64,000 bases of DNA from Rhynchopus sp. YZ270_cl-10 (lineage: Eukaryota). This document shows, in pieces, positions 11,384-22,600 of this stretch. The stretch is from assembly GCA_964035575.1 (NCBI GenBank), contig OZ037835.1, positions 1,860,001 through 1,924,000 on the forward strand, given 5' to 3'. Each line of letters begins with the position of its first letter. Within the stretch, counting starts at the first letter, position 1. Made by a program: the position numbers and the translations under genes. Under the pieces are notes generated by a model. That model did not search any database, was not told the DNA's origin, and saw only the letters and a list, made by a program, of their open reading frames with translations.

Positions 11384-13089
11384 CCCTTTAGACCCCAAGC
11401 CGTTTTTTCGACCCACTTTTGAGTTTTGGTTTTTTGGGCTCTCCAACCGGTAAAGGGACCCCGATGCAAATTTTTGATCGTACCTGGCCGCAATTGAAAG
11501 ATTTTGAACACAGCTTCGAATTCCATTTTTTTAAGTTTTTTTTTGAAAAAAAATATTCCCCTCAAAATGAGGTAAGCATAAAATCCGCCTTTCGGTTTTT
11601 TTACTCGTCCAGCAGAGCGAGGGAATACCCGTAAATTATTGCTGTCCGAAAATGGCGTTATTTGAAAGATTCGCCACAAAATCTTTTCAAAGAAAAAAAA
11701 ATCGAGCAAAAAGTCCTAGTAGAACCCAACTTAGATGAGTGTAACTCTGTTAGCAGAGTGTCTAAAAATCGATTTCCCTAACAATTTACACTGAAACACC
11801 ACTACACAACGAAAAAAGGCGATTTTTTCACGTTTTTTGGCATCTACAGGCCCGAAACACCCCCAGAATGGGTCAGAACGACCCTGTGAGCCGAAAATTC
11901 ACAAAAAAATCACCCTAAAATACGAAAAAATAGTGAAAACCCGGCTTCTAGTGTGTTTTGGGTGGGAATAAGGCAAAGGATAGTCAGAAAAACAGTGATT
12001 TTGGTGGCAGTCCTCACGAACTTCCAAAGTGCACTCAGATGCACAAAAGTTTTCGATTCTTGCTTCTTTTGACAGATTTGACATCAAATCTTTCCAAATA
12101 TGTAAAAATCTTTTCACGAAAATGAGTAGAACCCTACTTATCAACCCTACTAGCCTTACGACCTTAGCAACGTACACCCCGTGATTTTGGTGGTAAAATC
12201 TCACCAAAATCCGAGGAAATCACAGATGCATAAAAGTTTTCGATTTTTGCGTATTTTGAAAGATTTGAACGAAATCTTTCCACACAAAAAAAGTGTTCTC
12301 ACGAAAACGAGTAGAAAATTTTTGATCACATGGAGACTCTGAAAAGTGACCCTTTTTTCGTACTTTTCCACGCTCCCCGGCATCCAAGGAAAACTCAGAT
12401 GTATAAAAGTGTTCTTAGATGGCGTATTTTGAAAGATCGGTGAAAAATCTTTCTGAACAAGATAAAACAATAAGCTCGCGTTTCTTTTATCGAACAGATT
12501 TTATTCTCCGCCCCGTACCCAAAACGTAAACACCACTTTGAATCAGAAAAAATATCTTCCTCTCCTTTTTTCTTCCACACGCGCTGGTTTTTTGTATCTC
12601 GCTAATTTTTATCAAAAAGCTTTCCCTAGTTTCGACGCGAAACGTTTCCTCATGTATTGCACGGGAAACAATATATATGTGACAAACAGGTGCAGGGTGG
12701 TTCCGTGCATATCATAGAACCTGGCACCTTGTGTGTCTTCCAAAAACCAAAAGCGTTGTGTGTGAAGTTTTCAAGTAAGGAAAAATAAAAAAAATATAAA
12801 AAAATGTTTTTCTGAAAATGAGTAGAACCCCAGTAATAGCCTAGTGGTATTAGGAGGGTTATTTCAGGGGGTTTTGGTCAAAAAACATGATTTTCCGTGG
12901 CAGCTCCGCCTTCCCCCCAGCATCCAAAAAAATATTAGATGCACAAAACTTTTCGATTCTTGCTTCTTTTGAAAGATCGGCGCAAAATCTTTCAAAATAT
13001 AAAAAATGTTTTTCCAATTTTGAGTAGAATATTCCTAATTGTATGGCGCCATTCTGCTACCCATATACGGGTACTTGGGGTCTAAAGGG
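11384..13089. mobile_element. Non-autonomous piggyBac-type element (16-bp perfect TIR CCCTTTAGACCCCAAG, TTAA TSD)
   Basis: TTAA at 11380-11383 then TIR 11384-11399. TIR 13074-13089 then TTAA 13090-13093. CCC...GGG termini. No transposase ORF; internal diverged repeats. Confidence 0.9.
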
Positions 13090-14642
13090 TTAAAAAAGCA
13101 AAAAAGATTCGCCAATTTTACATATGGTCCTGCAGCCAACGCAGGGAAAGAATAAATCAATTCTAGAAAACACTTGTGTTTTCTAGTTTTTACAGGTTGC
13201 TGTTCCGGCCACCTTAAGAACCCCCCTCAGTCCCCCTCCCCCCTGCTTCTTTTCAAAAAAGCATACAGAACATTAAGTTGATTGTTTCCTTTTTGATAGT
13301 CGTTGTTATTGTGCACTCACAAAAAGTGTTCTTTTCTTTCTTTTAGCCCTTGCTCCTTCTGATGAGCGCGGTCAAAGGGCTGTTATCCTGGTCAAGGAGC
13401 AGACCGCCGAAACCAGACCTTTTTTTTTTTTTATACCCGTTTGCTAACGACATCAAAAAATAAAGACCCCTTTTTTTTATTGGGGGGTTTTTTCTTTTTC
13501 CCTAATGCTTTCAAATTTTATTTGAAAGTATATGAATTTGCTTTTTCCCCTTTTTTATCAAACATTTTTCTTTCCTTGTAGTGAGGCTTCAACAGGAATT
13601 AGTCGCCATCTCAACAAAGAAGCGCACCTACCTCTCAACTTACAAAGTACTACAATGAAATGCAATACAAAACAAACAGAGTAGCAAAAACAAGAACAAA
13701 AACAAAACAAAGTTGAAACAAACTTTTTCAAAACTTTTTCAAACCCCTCCCCCCTGATGGATCCGACCAAAAACCGGTTTTTTTTAGAGGGTGTAGAAGC
13801 TTCGCCCAGCCGAAAAAACGTTTTCTTTGGAAAGATCGGACACTTTTTGGGGGGTGTATATGCTCAGCGAAGCGTTAAACCCTTAGAGACCCTGACACCA
13901 GGGTGTCACGAGTACCCCTTTTATACACGTGTTTCTTAAGGGTTCTACAGGGTTCTGCAGGCAAAACAGGCGTTTTGGCCAAAAACCCGGTTTTTCAAGC
14001 AGGTAACCGGGTTTGCGGCTTGGGAAACATGCCAGCGAGCTGTGAGAACCATGCATGGGCCACACACGGCACGAGTTGCGTTTGGTAACCATACGTTAAC
14101 GCGTGTATCGCATGTACATAGCGTTGTGTGTATCGTATACGAAGACCGTTGTGTGTAACGCACGTGTAGACCGTTCCGTTATCACAACCACACGAGCCAG
14201 CGAAGTGGCACAGCGGCGCAGGTGTGGCGTACACGCGATGGCGTTAAACCCGTAGCATGCTTTAGGTGCACACGAACCGTGTATCGCTTATGCATAGCGT
14301 TGTGTATATCTTATACGTAGAGCGTTACGTGCAAACCATACACAGACCGGTTGACACACCAGCCAGCGAAGTGTTTTCAAGACCGTCAACTCAAATGATG
14401 ATATGGGTGATTCAGTGCTTCCACAGAATCGACACCTTTTGGTGTGTCTCAACCAAAAACCAAATCAATTTAAAACGAGAATTTTTTGAAAGAGAAAATG
14501 TGTGAGACGTTCAGCTTAAAACCAATACGCGTCCCCCCCACTCCCCCACTCCCCCACTCCTCATTTTTCCTCTTCTTGAGCGTTAACCCATTCCTTCTTT
14601 GCTCCAAAATCCTACCAAAAACTTCAGAATGAACACCCACGT

Positions 14643-16178
14643 ATGTCTTCGTCGCCGACTCGAACGTCACATAGTGGACACTTGAAAAAGGCAGGGGGGA
14701 CTTTGGTGAAGCGCAATCAGACACGATGGTTCGAGCTGAAGGGGGCAGAGCTCTTCTACTTTGCCAGCAAAGGCGACCCGGAGGAGAAGGCACGAGGCGT
14801 CGTGGCGCTGCGTGACGTTACTACGCTAGAGGGAGCCGACGACGACACGCTGCAATGGACGCTCTCAGGACGCCGCCTGGCACATCCCTACACCCTGCAC
14901 GCGTCGACCCTCCCCGACAAACGAGCATGGGTACAAGCCCTCCGTACCGCCATCCGCGCCACCAAAGAGAAGCGGAGCTGCAAAGATGCGACCTTTGCCC
15001 TGCCTGCCGACACCTTTCTCGTCCGTTGCTGTACCTGGAACGTCGCGGAAAGCGTGCCGTCGAACTTCTCTGCTTCTCAGCTTGGCGACTGGCTGACCGG
15101 ATGCAACCTAACCCCAGACACGCCATCATGGGTGGAAGTGGATCTGAACAAGCCTCGAGTCATTTGTGTGTGTCTGCAGGAGGTGGATATGAGCGTCTCG
15201 GGTGTTGCCACGGATGCCATAGAGAACTTGAACCTAAAACGTGAGCGGGACAATGACAAGGCAGAGCAGTGGCGGGCTGCGTTTCTCTCTGCAGTCACAC
15301 CCTTGGGATATGTCGAATCTGGCTACGGGCATGAAGCCTCCGTTTTCCTGCAGGTCTTTACGCAAAAGGACGTTACCATTAAGGACGCAGAGGTGTTCAT
15401 GTGGCGCGGACGTGTTCTCAAAGGGTTGGTGGAGGCGGGGAACAAAGGCAGTATTTCCTTTCGGTGCAGCATAGACGGTGTGTACTATGGGTTTGTAGGG
15501 AGCCATCTTGCGGCCCACCCTGAAGGCAACGCGAAACGAAACCGGATGTACCATGACACGCTGCAGGAAACAGAATTCGCGACCGCTCCACGGCGTATCC
15601 TGGAGCACGACTACGTCTTCTGGTGTGGCGACCTGAACTATCGTCTCACCGGGGATGAATACGAAACGGGGACACGAAGCGACGCAGTGCTGTCTGCCCT
15701 TCGAAAAGACATCCCGAGCGCCATCGCGAAGCACGACCAGCTCTGTCTGTCCAGGGCAGGGGACGGTGAGTCTGGCGCCTTTCAGGTCTTCCACGAAGCT
15801 GGCATCACCTTCTTCCCTTCGTACAAGCTGTTTCAGAAGGAGATGAAGGATGCAGTGTGCTCCGAGCAGTACAACATCAAGACCGAGACGCACCACATCC
15901 CGTCCTACACGGACCGTATTTTGTACTACACACGGGGGTGTCGCCCGGATGCGCTGCTGCGGCTGTGGCGTCCTCCGCCCCTCGTCGCACACAAACTCCC
16001 GCAGCACCCAGACCGTGCACGCCCTCTTGGCCGCATCCCCGACACTGCACCACACCTTCCCAAGGAGATGGGGGCAGTGGGTGTGGTCTGCCTCGATTAT
16101 TACGACACCATGGTGCACACAGACCACAGACAGGTCTACGGGCTGTATGTAGTGACCAACCCCACAGCAAAGGGGTAA
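14643..16178 (+). CDS. PH domain + inositol polyphosphate 5-phosphatase (511 aa)
   Basis: PH motifs: GHLKK, RWFEL, LFYF, W-VQALR. 5-phosphatase motifs: TWNV, LQE, GNKG, SHLAAH, FWCGDLNYR, FPSYK, PSYTDRILY, TDHRQV. Confidence 0.92.
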   Translation: MSSSPTRTSHSGHLKKAGGTLVKRNQTRWFELKGAELFYFASKGDPEEKARGVVALRDVTTLEGADDDTLQWTLSGRRLAHPYTLHASTLPDKRAWVQALRTAIRATKEKRSCKDATFALPADTFLVRCCTWNVAESVPSNFSASQLGDWLTGCNLTPDTPSWVEVDLNKPRVICVCLQEVDMSVSGVATDAIENLNLKRERDNDKAEQWRAAFLSAVTPLGYVESGYGHEASVFLQVFTQKDVTIKDAEVFMWRGRVLKGLVEAGNKGSISFRCSIDGVYYGFVGSHLAAHPEGNAKRNRMYHDTLQETEFATAPRRILEHDYVFWCGDLNYRLTGDEYETGTRSDAVLSALRKDIPSAIAKHDQLCLSRAGDGESGAFQVFHEAGITFFPSYKLFQKEMKDAVCSEQYNIKTETHHIPSYTDRILYYTRGCRPDALLRLWRPPPLVAHKLPQHPDRARPLGRIPDTAPHLPKEMGAVGVVCLDYYDTMVHTDHRQVYGLYVVTNPTAKG

Positions 16179-16891
16179 CACGAGGTGCACGACGAAGTGA
16201 GTTGACTGTGGTTTTGCTGTGTCGTTGGCTTACAACGGTGAAAGCCACAAAGTACAACCATGGTCATTTATTTGACTGTTGTGAGAGGGGTGGAGAGTGG
16301 GGTGGGGTGGGGTGGGGGCAAAAGGCGGGTTAAAAATGTTGGAAGCAAAAAGGAAGAACAAAACAAAGTAGTTTTCAACAGGGATAGGCTCCGAGTAACT
16401 AGACAATGGCATTGACCCATTTCTAAAATGTGGTGCATGGGTGAGAAATGTGCAGAGCTTTGTGTGCGAAACGAAAGGAAAACATGGTGCTTAGGGAATC
16501 GCACCGACCCTGTTCCAACAATGTAACAAAAGTCCAAAAAGGTAAATTGGGACAGTGCCCGAGAGGGCTGTTGTATTTCAAGTCAACTTTTGTGGTCTTT
16601 CTTCCTGGTGTGGTTCAGTGGCCAGGTGGTGTCGTGTGTTGAGGAAACCCGAGTGGTTCGCAAATAAGACCCCCGATCACCCCACACCCTTCTGCACATT
16701 TCCAACAAAAGCGATGAGTCCTTAGGAGCGTACCTCTTCTCGAAGTACGCAACGACATGTTTTCCATCAAAAGGCCCCCCTACCTCCACCTGTTTTCACA
16801 CACCTATCACCCTTCTCCTCGTTGTTCACCCACCACAGCCCCAACTCCCACAACCCCACCACACAACAGAGCAACACAGAAGGAAGACAAA

Positions 16892-17962
16892 ATGGAAGTA
16901 GTTATCAAAGACTGTGCAGACAACTCGTACATGATCGAGGTGGGTGTGGGTGACACAACGGAGACGATGCGGCAGAAGGTGGCGTCTGCAGTGGGGTTGG
17001 CTGAGGACAGCTTCCACATGGGCTTCGGAGGGAAGGAGGAAGGAGACGACATCACGCAGCTGAGTGCTGGAGACGCAGTCGTGTTGACGAAAAGTAAGAA
17101 GTTCGTGGCCAGAGCAGCACTTCATGCGTTGGGTGAGAGGGACATCACTGCAGAGAGGCTGGAGACTGTGGAGGATCCTGAGGTGGCGTGTTTGCTTCTG
17201 CAGGCGGAGGTTGCGACTGTCATTCCGAATAAGTTCTTGGCACAGACATCATTAACAGCACTTGATCTGAGTGCTGTGTCCTGTGTGACGGAAATTGGTG
17301 ATAAGTTTCTTCACCGGTGCACATCGTTGACGAGCATCGACCTGTCTGGGTTGACACGCCTCACGCGGATTGGTCTCTACTTTCTTGCCAACTGCAGCAG
17401 CCTCACAGCAGTGGACTTATCATCATTTCGCAATGTTACACACATTGCCGGATGCTTTCTTGCACATTGCACCAGCCTCACATCAGTGGACTTATCACCA
17501 CTCAGCAATGTTACACAAATTGATGGCTACTTTCTTGCGGACTGCAGCAGCCTCACAACGGTGGACTTGTCGCTATTTCGCAATGCGACAGTAATACATG
17601 ATCGGTTTCTTTACAACTGCAGCAGCCTCACAGCAGTGGACTTATCTCCACTCAGAAATGTTACTCAAATTGATGCTCACTTTCTTGCCTACTGCAGCAG
17701 CCTCGAAGTAGTGGACTTAATACCGCTCAGAAATGTTACTCAAGTTGGTACATACTTTCTCACCGACTGCAGCAGCCTCACAGAACTAGACCTGTCGCCA
17801 CTCAGCAGAGTTACGTACTTTGGTTTACTTCCTGCTCACAACTGCACTTCGTTGAGGAGCATACACCTTGGCGGCTGCAGCAGTGCTGTGTCCAGTCGAG
17901 TACGTGAAGGCGAGCTGAAGGAGTATGTGGTTGACGCACGTCCTCGCTGCAGTGTTTCGTAA
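16892..17962 (+). CDS. UBL-LRR protein copy 1 (356 aa; 5 variable LRRs; ends CSVS)
   Basis: N-terminal ubiquitin-like sequence MEVVIKD...IEVGVGDTTETMRQKV...GL...FGGK, followed by 25-aa repeats FLxxCxSLTAVDLSPLRNVTxIxxx. Confidence 0.88.
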   Translation: MEVVIKDCADNSYMIEVGVGDTTETMRQKVASAVGLAEDSFHMGFGGKEEGDDITQLSAGDAVVLTKSKKFVARAALHALGERDITAERLETVEDPEVACLLLQAEVATVIPNKFLAQTSLTALDLSAVSCVTEIGDKFLHRCTSLTSIDLSGLTRLTRIGLYFLANCSSLTAVDLSSFRNVTHIAGCFLAHCTSLTSVDLSPLSNVTQIDGYFLADCSSLTTVDLSLFRNATVIHDRFLYNCSSLTAVDLSPLRNVTQIDAHFLAYCSSLEVVDLIPLRNVTQVGTYFLTDCSSLTELDLSPLSRVTYFGLLPAHNCTSLRSIHLGGCSSAVSSRVREGELKEYVVDARPRCSVS

Positions 17963-18814
17963 AGAGCCACATCAGAAGCTACGGAAGCAACGTAGAGCAG
18001 CTCCGCTGTGACAGCTGCTTCACTCAGCTGCACAACTCGCTCAGGTGTGCCTTCGAATATCGCCGCCCCTTTGGTCCCCATCTCGACGGCAGCGGCCTCA
18101 CCCACGCATTCTCTTTCAGGATGCACGACAAAATAGATTGACGATGCTTTTGCTGTGGGGTGGATGCGTACAACTAACAAACTCACCCCCTGTTTCGTTT
18201 CCCGTTTTCCTGTGTGGGTGAAGATAGCTATTGACACCGTAGTACTTGCCGTTGTGAGAGGGGTGGGGTGGAGAGGTGGGGTGGGGGCAAAAGGCATGTT
18301 TTTTTTTTTTTTTTTTTTTTTTACTGGTTTTCTTCCTTGCTTTCGTATTTTTTGTTTTCTTTATCTATGTGGATCCCCCCCAGTGAACCGTTAGGGACCC
18401 CGCTCTGCCGTGGCAGTCGTGGTTAGCGTTGTCATGTTTGTCTGTAGCACACAAGTAAGAAGAGAGACTCTAGGTCTCATTGGCGTCTGTTTCTCAAAAG
18501 TTTGGTTGTTGTTCTACTCTTGTGGGTTGCCGTTAAACGGAAGCGCCTCCCCATTTACCACGAAAATCGGGGGGAACATACAGGCTGCACAGATCTCCCC
18601 CCACTATGTGGCAGTCGAGCCTTGTTACGTGGCTCCCTGGCCTGACTGCGAACTCCGCGCAACCTCACACGAGGTTAACCACGGAGTCAAAAGGAAAAAA
18701 AAAATATGTTAAAAAAAAAAAAATTTATAAAGTGCACCCAAGCCCCGGGGCCTGGGCACTTTATAAATTAAAAGGAAAATCAATGATTTGTTTTTTTTTG
18801 TTTTTTTTTTTTTG

Positions 18815-18879
<65 letters not shown>

Positions 18880-19685
18880 GTGTTGTTCAACTTAGCCCAA
18901 GGCTCGACTTTTTTTTTTCCACATCAAACTGGACAGGGCGAGGGGGGTACGTTTACTATGCACATGAAAAGCACTTGGTCCGAGCGAAGCGAGGGCCAGA
19001 TGTCTTACAATCTGTACAGTGCCGGTTAGTTAGAACGAGGCACAAAAGTGAACAAAACTAGAGATGGATTGTTATTGTCATCAGCACAGTCAGCACCATT
19101 GACAATTGAGGAAAAATGGAGTATTAACATGGGAGAGGCAGGGGAGAAGACAGACTGTCCAGTCAGTGTGGTTTTACTTAGCGTTCCAGTTTGGTACCCA
19201 GCTGGTTCTGGAGGGGGGGGGGGGGGATGTTTTCTTTTTACAATACGAAGTTCCGTTCTTGTCACAACAAGCGTCCTTTTTGTTCTTTTTGTCCTTGTAG
19301 TCTTTTTTGATAGGGTAATTAACGCCATTAGCGGTCACTCATGGAACTCGTATGGGAGGGGCTGGGGGGGGGGGGGGAGGGAGGGAGGGGAAAGGGAATT
19401 CACAGATTACCAAACACATCATCTTACTCACGAGTCCTTTTTTTTTTTTTTTTTTTTGTTTTTTTTCTGTTTTTTTGTTGTTTTTTTTTTTTTTTGAAAA
19501 GTAAAAAGTATGTTTGAAAGTGTAACACACGTCTTCGTAGAAGACGGCGTTCCGCACATGTATTGTCTTCGCAACCGTCAGTTGCGCTGGTCGTGGTGCC
19601 GCAGGTACATCCTGGGCTTGCTTTTTGTTCGTGGTTTTTTTTTTTTTTCTTGTCTTTATTGTTTCAAGTTTTGGCCGGCGTCTCC

Positions 19686-22600
19686 TCAGTAGGTGTTGCT
19701 CCGCACGAGTTCAGGCAGGCTGGCCTCTGTCAGTTTTGCCGCGCTGATGTACTTCAGGCACAACTGGGGTTGCTCTAGCAGTAAGAACTTGAGCGACTTG
19801 TTTGGCAGTAGGTCTGTCCTTAGTGCCTTGGTGGCTGAACACACTTTGAACATGTGTTTCAGTGTCGCCTTTGATTTTGCCGTGCAGTTGTTGCAGCGTG
19901 CCACGTCGTTGCTGCCCATGTAGTCGAACAGCGCAGGGTGGCGCTCTGTCCGCAGCAGTCTCATCTGCACTGCTCCCCGCCGCGTGAGCTCCGGTGTGCT
20001 CAGCTTGGGTCGCGACACTCCCTTCGGGGTGTCCGCCGTGATCGTGCTGTAGAGTTCGCTCGCCGGTTGGGGTGTGTAGCTGGAGCAGACTGCGCGTATC
20101 GCCGCTTTGCACGCGAGGAGCGTGAGTGGTTCCTCTTGTAGGCGGCCTTTTTGTGATGCCCGTTCTGCTTGGTACGTGGCCGTACCTAACTTGGCTTCGT
20201 GGTCCGCTTCCTCATTTCCACTCACCCCCACATGTGACGGGATGTACTGCATGATCACCCGCACCTTGGTTGTAGCCCGGTGTAGTGCCGACCACACGTC
20301 GCAGAGAAGTCCCGTAGCCTTCACCGGACCTGTCTCCAACGCACGTAGTGCTGACTGGCTGTCTGTGAGGATTACCACCGTGTTGTGTTTGTGGTCTGTG
20401 CGGTGCAGTTCCTCCACCATCGGAAGTGCCTCTCTGATGGCCACCAGCTCGGCGGTGTACGATATGCTCATCCGCCCTGCTCCGACGTTGGCTGTCGCTA
20501 TTTCTTTGTCGCTGTCTCCCGGGTAGACCACAATGCCTGCACCCCCGTGGCCTCGTCCGCCTTCCACCGACCCGTCTGTGTAGACGTGAAGGTCCGCTGG
20601 TGGCAGCTCTGCGGTGGTCTGCTCTGTCAAGCTTCTCGCCTCTGCGTCCGTCTGCGTGCCCTTCTTGAAGCCAGCCACGTAGGGCCGGATGTCGACCTTG
20701 GGGAGGACCTCCTTCCAGCGCCAGGGTGCCACCGGGTAGTGTGTCTGGGACATCGCTGGTTGGTCGTGGCGGTACATCTTCGTCTGTTCCACTGTGTCCT
20801 TCGCCGACCGTAACCAGGTCAGTTTCGTATCGCTTGAATGCATTGCACACTCTGCTGGGGTCTCCAGTTGTCGACGTGCACGTTCGTACAGGGCTGCTGC
20901 ATCGAATTCGACGTGCTCTCGTATCTTCCTCAGGTGTGCTTCCCAGAGTAGGTCCTCTGCTTTGGTGTAGTAGTTACACCCGGTGATGACCCTCGCCCCC
21001 CTTCGGTGGAGTACTTCCAGAGTTTCAAGGCCTGCCTCATTTAGCGCTGGTCCCCACACCGCCAGTGCATACGTTATGGTCGGGAGCACGTACGTCATGT
21101 ACACCTGTCTCAGCATGTGGGCATCGCACCCCCAGTCCCGTCCAGCCATGAGCTGGATCAGAGAAAGTTTTTTGAGGAACTTCGTCTTCACCGCCGCCAG
21201 TTGTGGCTGCATCGTCAGTGCGTCATCCAGTTCCACCCCCAGGTAACGGACCGTCTGCGCACGGTTCACCACTGCTCCGTCTGCGTACTTCACTTCGCAC
21301 TTAGCTTTTCTGATGTCGGCACGATCGCCCTTCTCGGTCACTGGCATCACGAAGGTTTTCCTGCGGGATATCGTGAATCCAAGTTTGGGGAGGTGTTCCT
21401 CTAGCAGTGTAAGGACCTTCTGTATCGCCGCTGTTGCTTCCTCCAGTGTGCGCTCCGTACACATGATGGCCAGGTCGTCAGCGAAGATGCAGAAGTGGGC
21501 CGTCGTTCCTTCCAGGATCTCTGCCACCTCCGTCATCACCAGATTGAACAGTAGTGGTGAGAGCACTGTGCCCTGGGGAACACCCTCCCGCATCACGTAT
21601 TCCTCGCTCCGTGTTCCTTCCACCGTTGTCCTTGCCGTTCTGTGCTTCAGGTAATCCGTGAGCCACCTGATGTATCGCTCTGGTACCTGGTGTTGGTGGA
21701 GCCTTTCCAGAATTTTCCCCCGTTTAACCTTGTCGTAGGCCTTGTCGAGGTCCAGCGTCAGAATGATGGGGACTTCTTTCTTCGCTGCGGAGTCCTTAGC
21801 CAGCTGCGTGATGTAGGCCAGGTTGTCCACGGCGGAACGGAAGCGTCTGAATCCTGTCTGTTTGGGATGTAGGTTCTGTGTGGCCTCGTTTGGGTCTTCC
21901 ATCAGCTGGAGCAGTCTGTTCGCTAGCACGTGTTCCATCACCTTACTCACGGTACTCGTCAGGGCTATCGGCCGGTAGGATTCGAGGTCTTCCTCTGGCT
22001 TCCCTTGTTTGTGGATAGGGAAAAGTATGGCCTTCTTCCATTCTTTGGGTAGTTGCCCCTGCTTCCACGAGAGGTTCATGACATGTAGAAGCCCTTTTTT
22101 TGCGGCGGGTCCGAGGTGCATCAACATCTCGTTGTGTATCCCATCCGCTCCAGGTGACTTTCCTGCTTCTAGGACGTTCAGTGCGGCGTCCAGCTCCTCC
22201 AGTGTCAGGGGTGCTTCAGCTCCTTGGGATCCTGCCGTAGTTTGCTGCTCCGCATCCGGTAGGCCTGTGCCGTCACTCACGCTGCAGTAGTGCTCCCCCA
22301 GTGCGTCCGCCTTCTCCTTGTTGGTGGAGAGCTGTTGTTTTTCCTGTTGTCCCTCTTTTTTTACTTTTATGGGGTACGACTGCGCCTTGTCCGCCCGCCC
22401 GTCCAACTCGCGCAGCAGCCTGAAGGCCCCGGAGGTTGCTACTGCCTTGGTGCACTTGTCCTCCCACACCTCTCTCTTCGCCTTCCGTATCGCATTGGCC
22501 GTCTGCCGCCGGAGTTCCGTGAGTGCGTCCCCGTCGGCCACGGTCAGGGTCTCCTCCTTCTGCTGTCTGCGGAGTTCTCTGTCTCGTTGCTTCTGGGCCT

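Noticed and set aside
14095..14375. Diverged direct repeat upstream of the phosphatase gene
   Set aside because: Two degenerate copies with no termini or TSD; no function can be supported.
17836..18297. Antisense ORF overlapping LRR 3' ends (..VTAELLYV..ALYETLQ..)
   Set aside because: It looks protein-like but is broken or differently bounded in paralogues; at most a gene relic.
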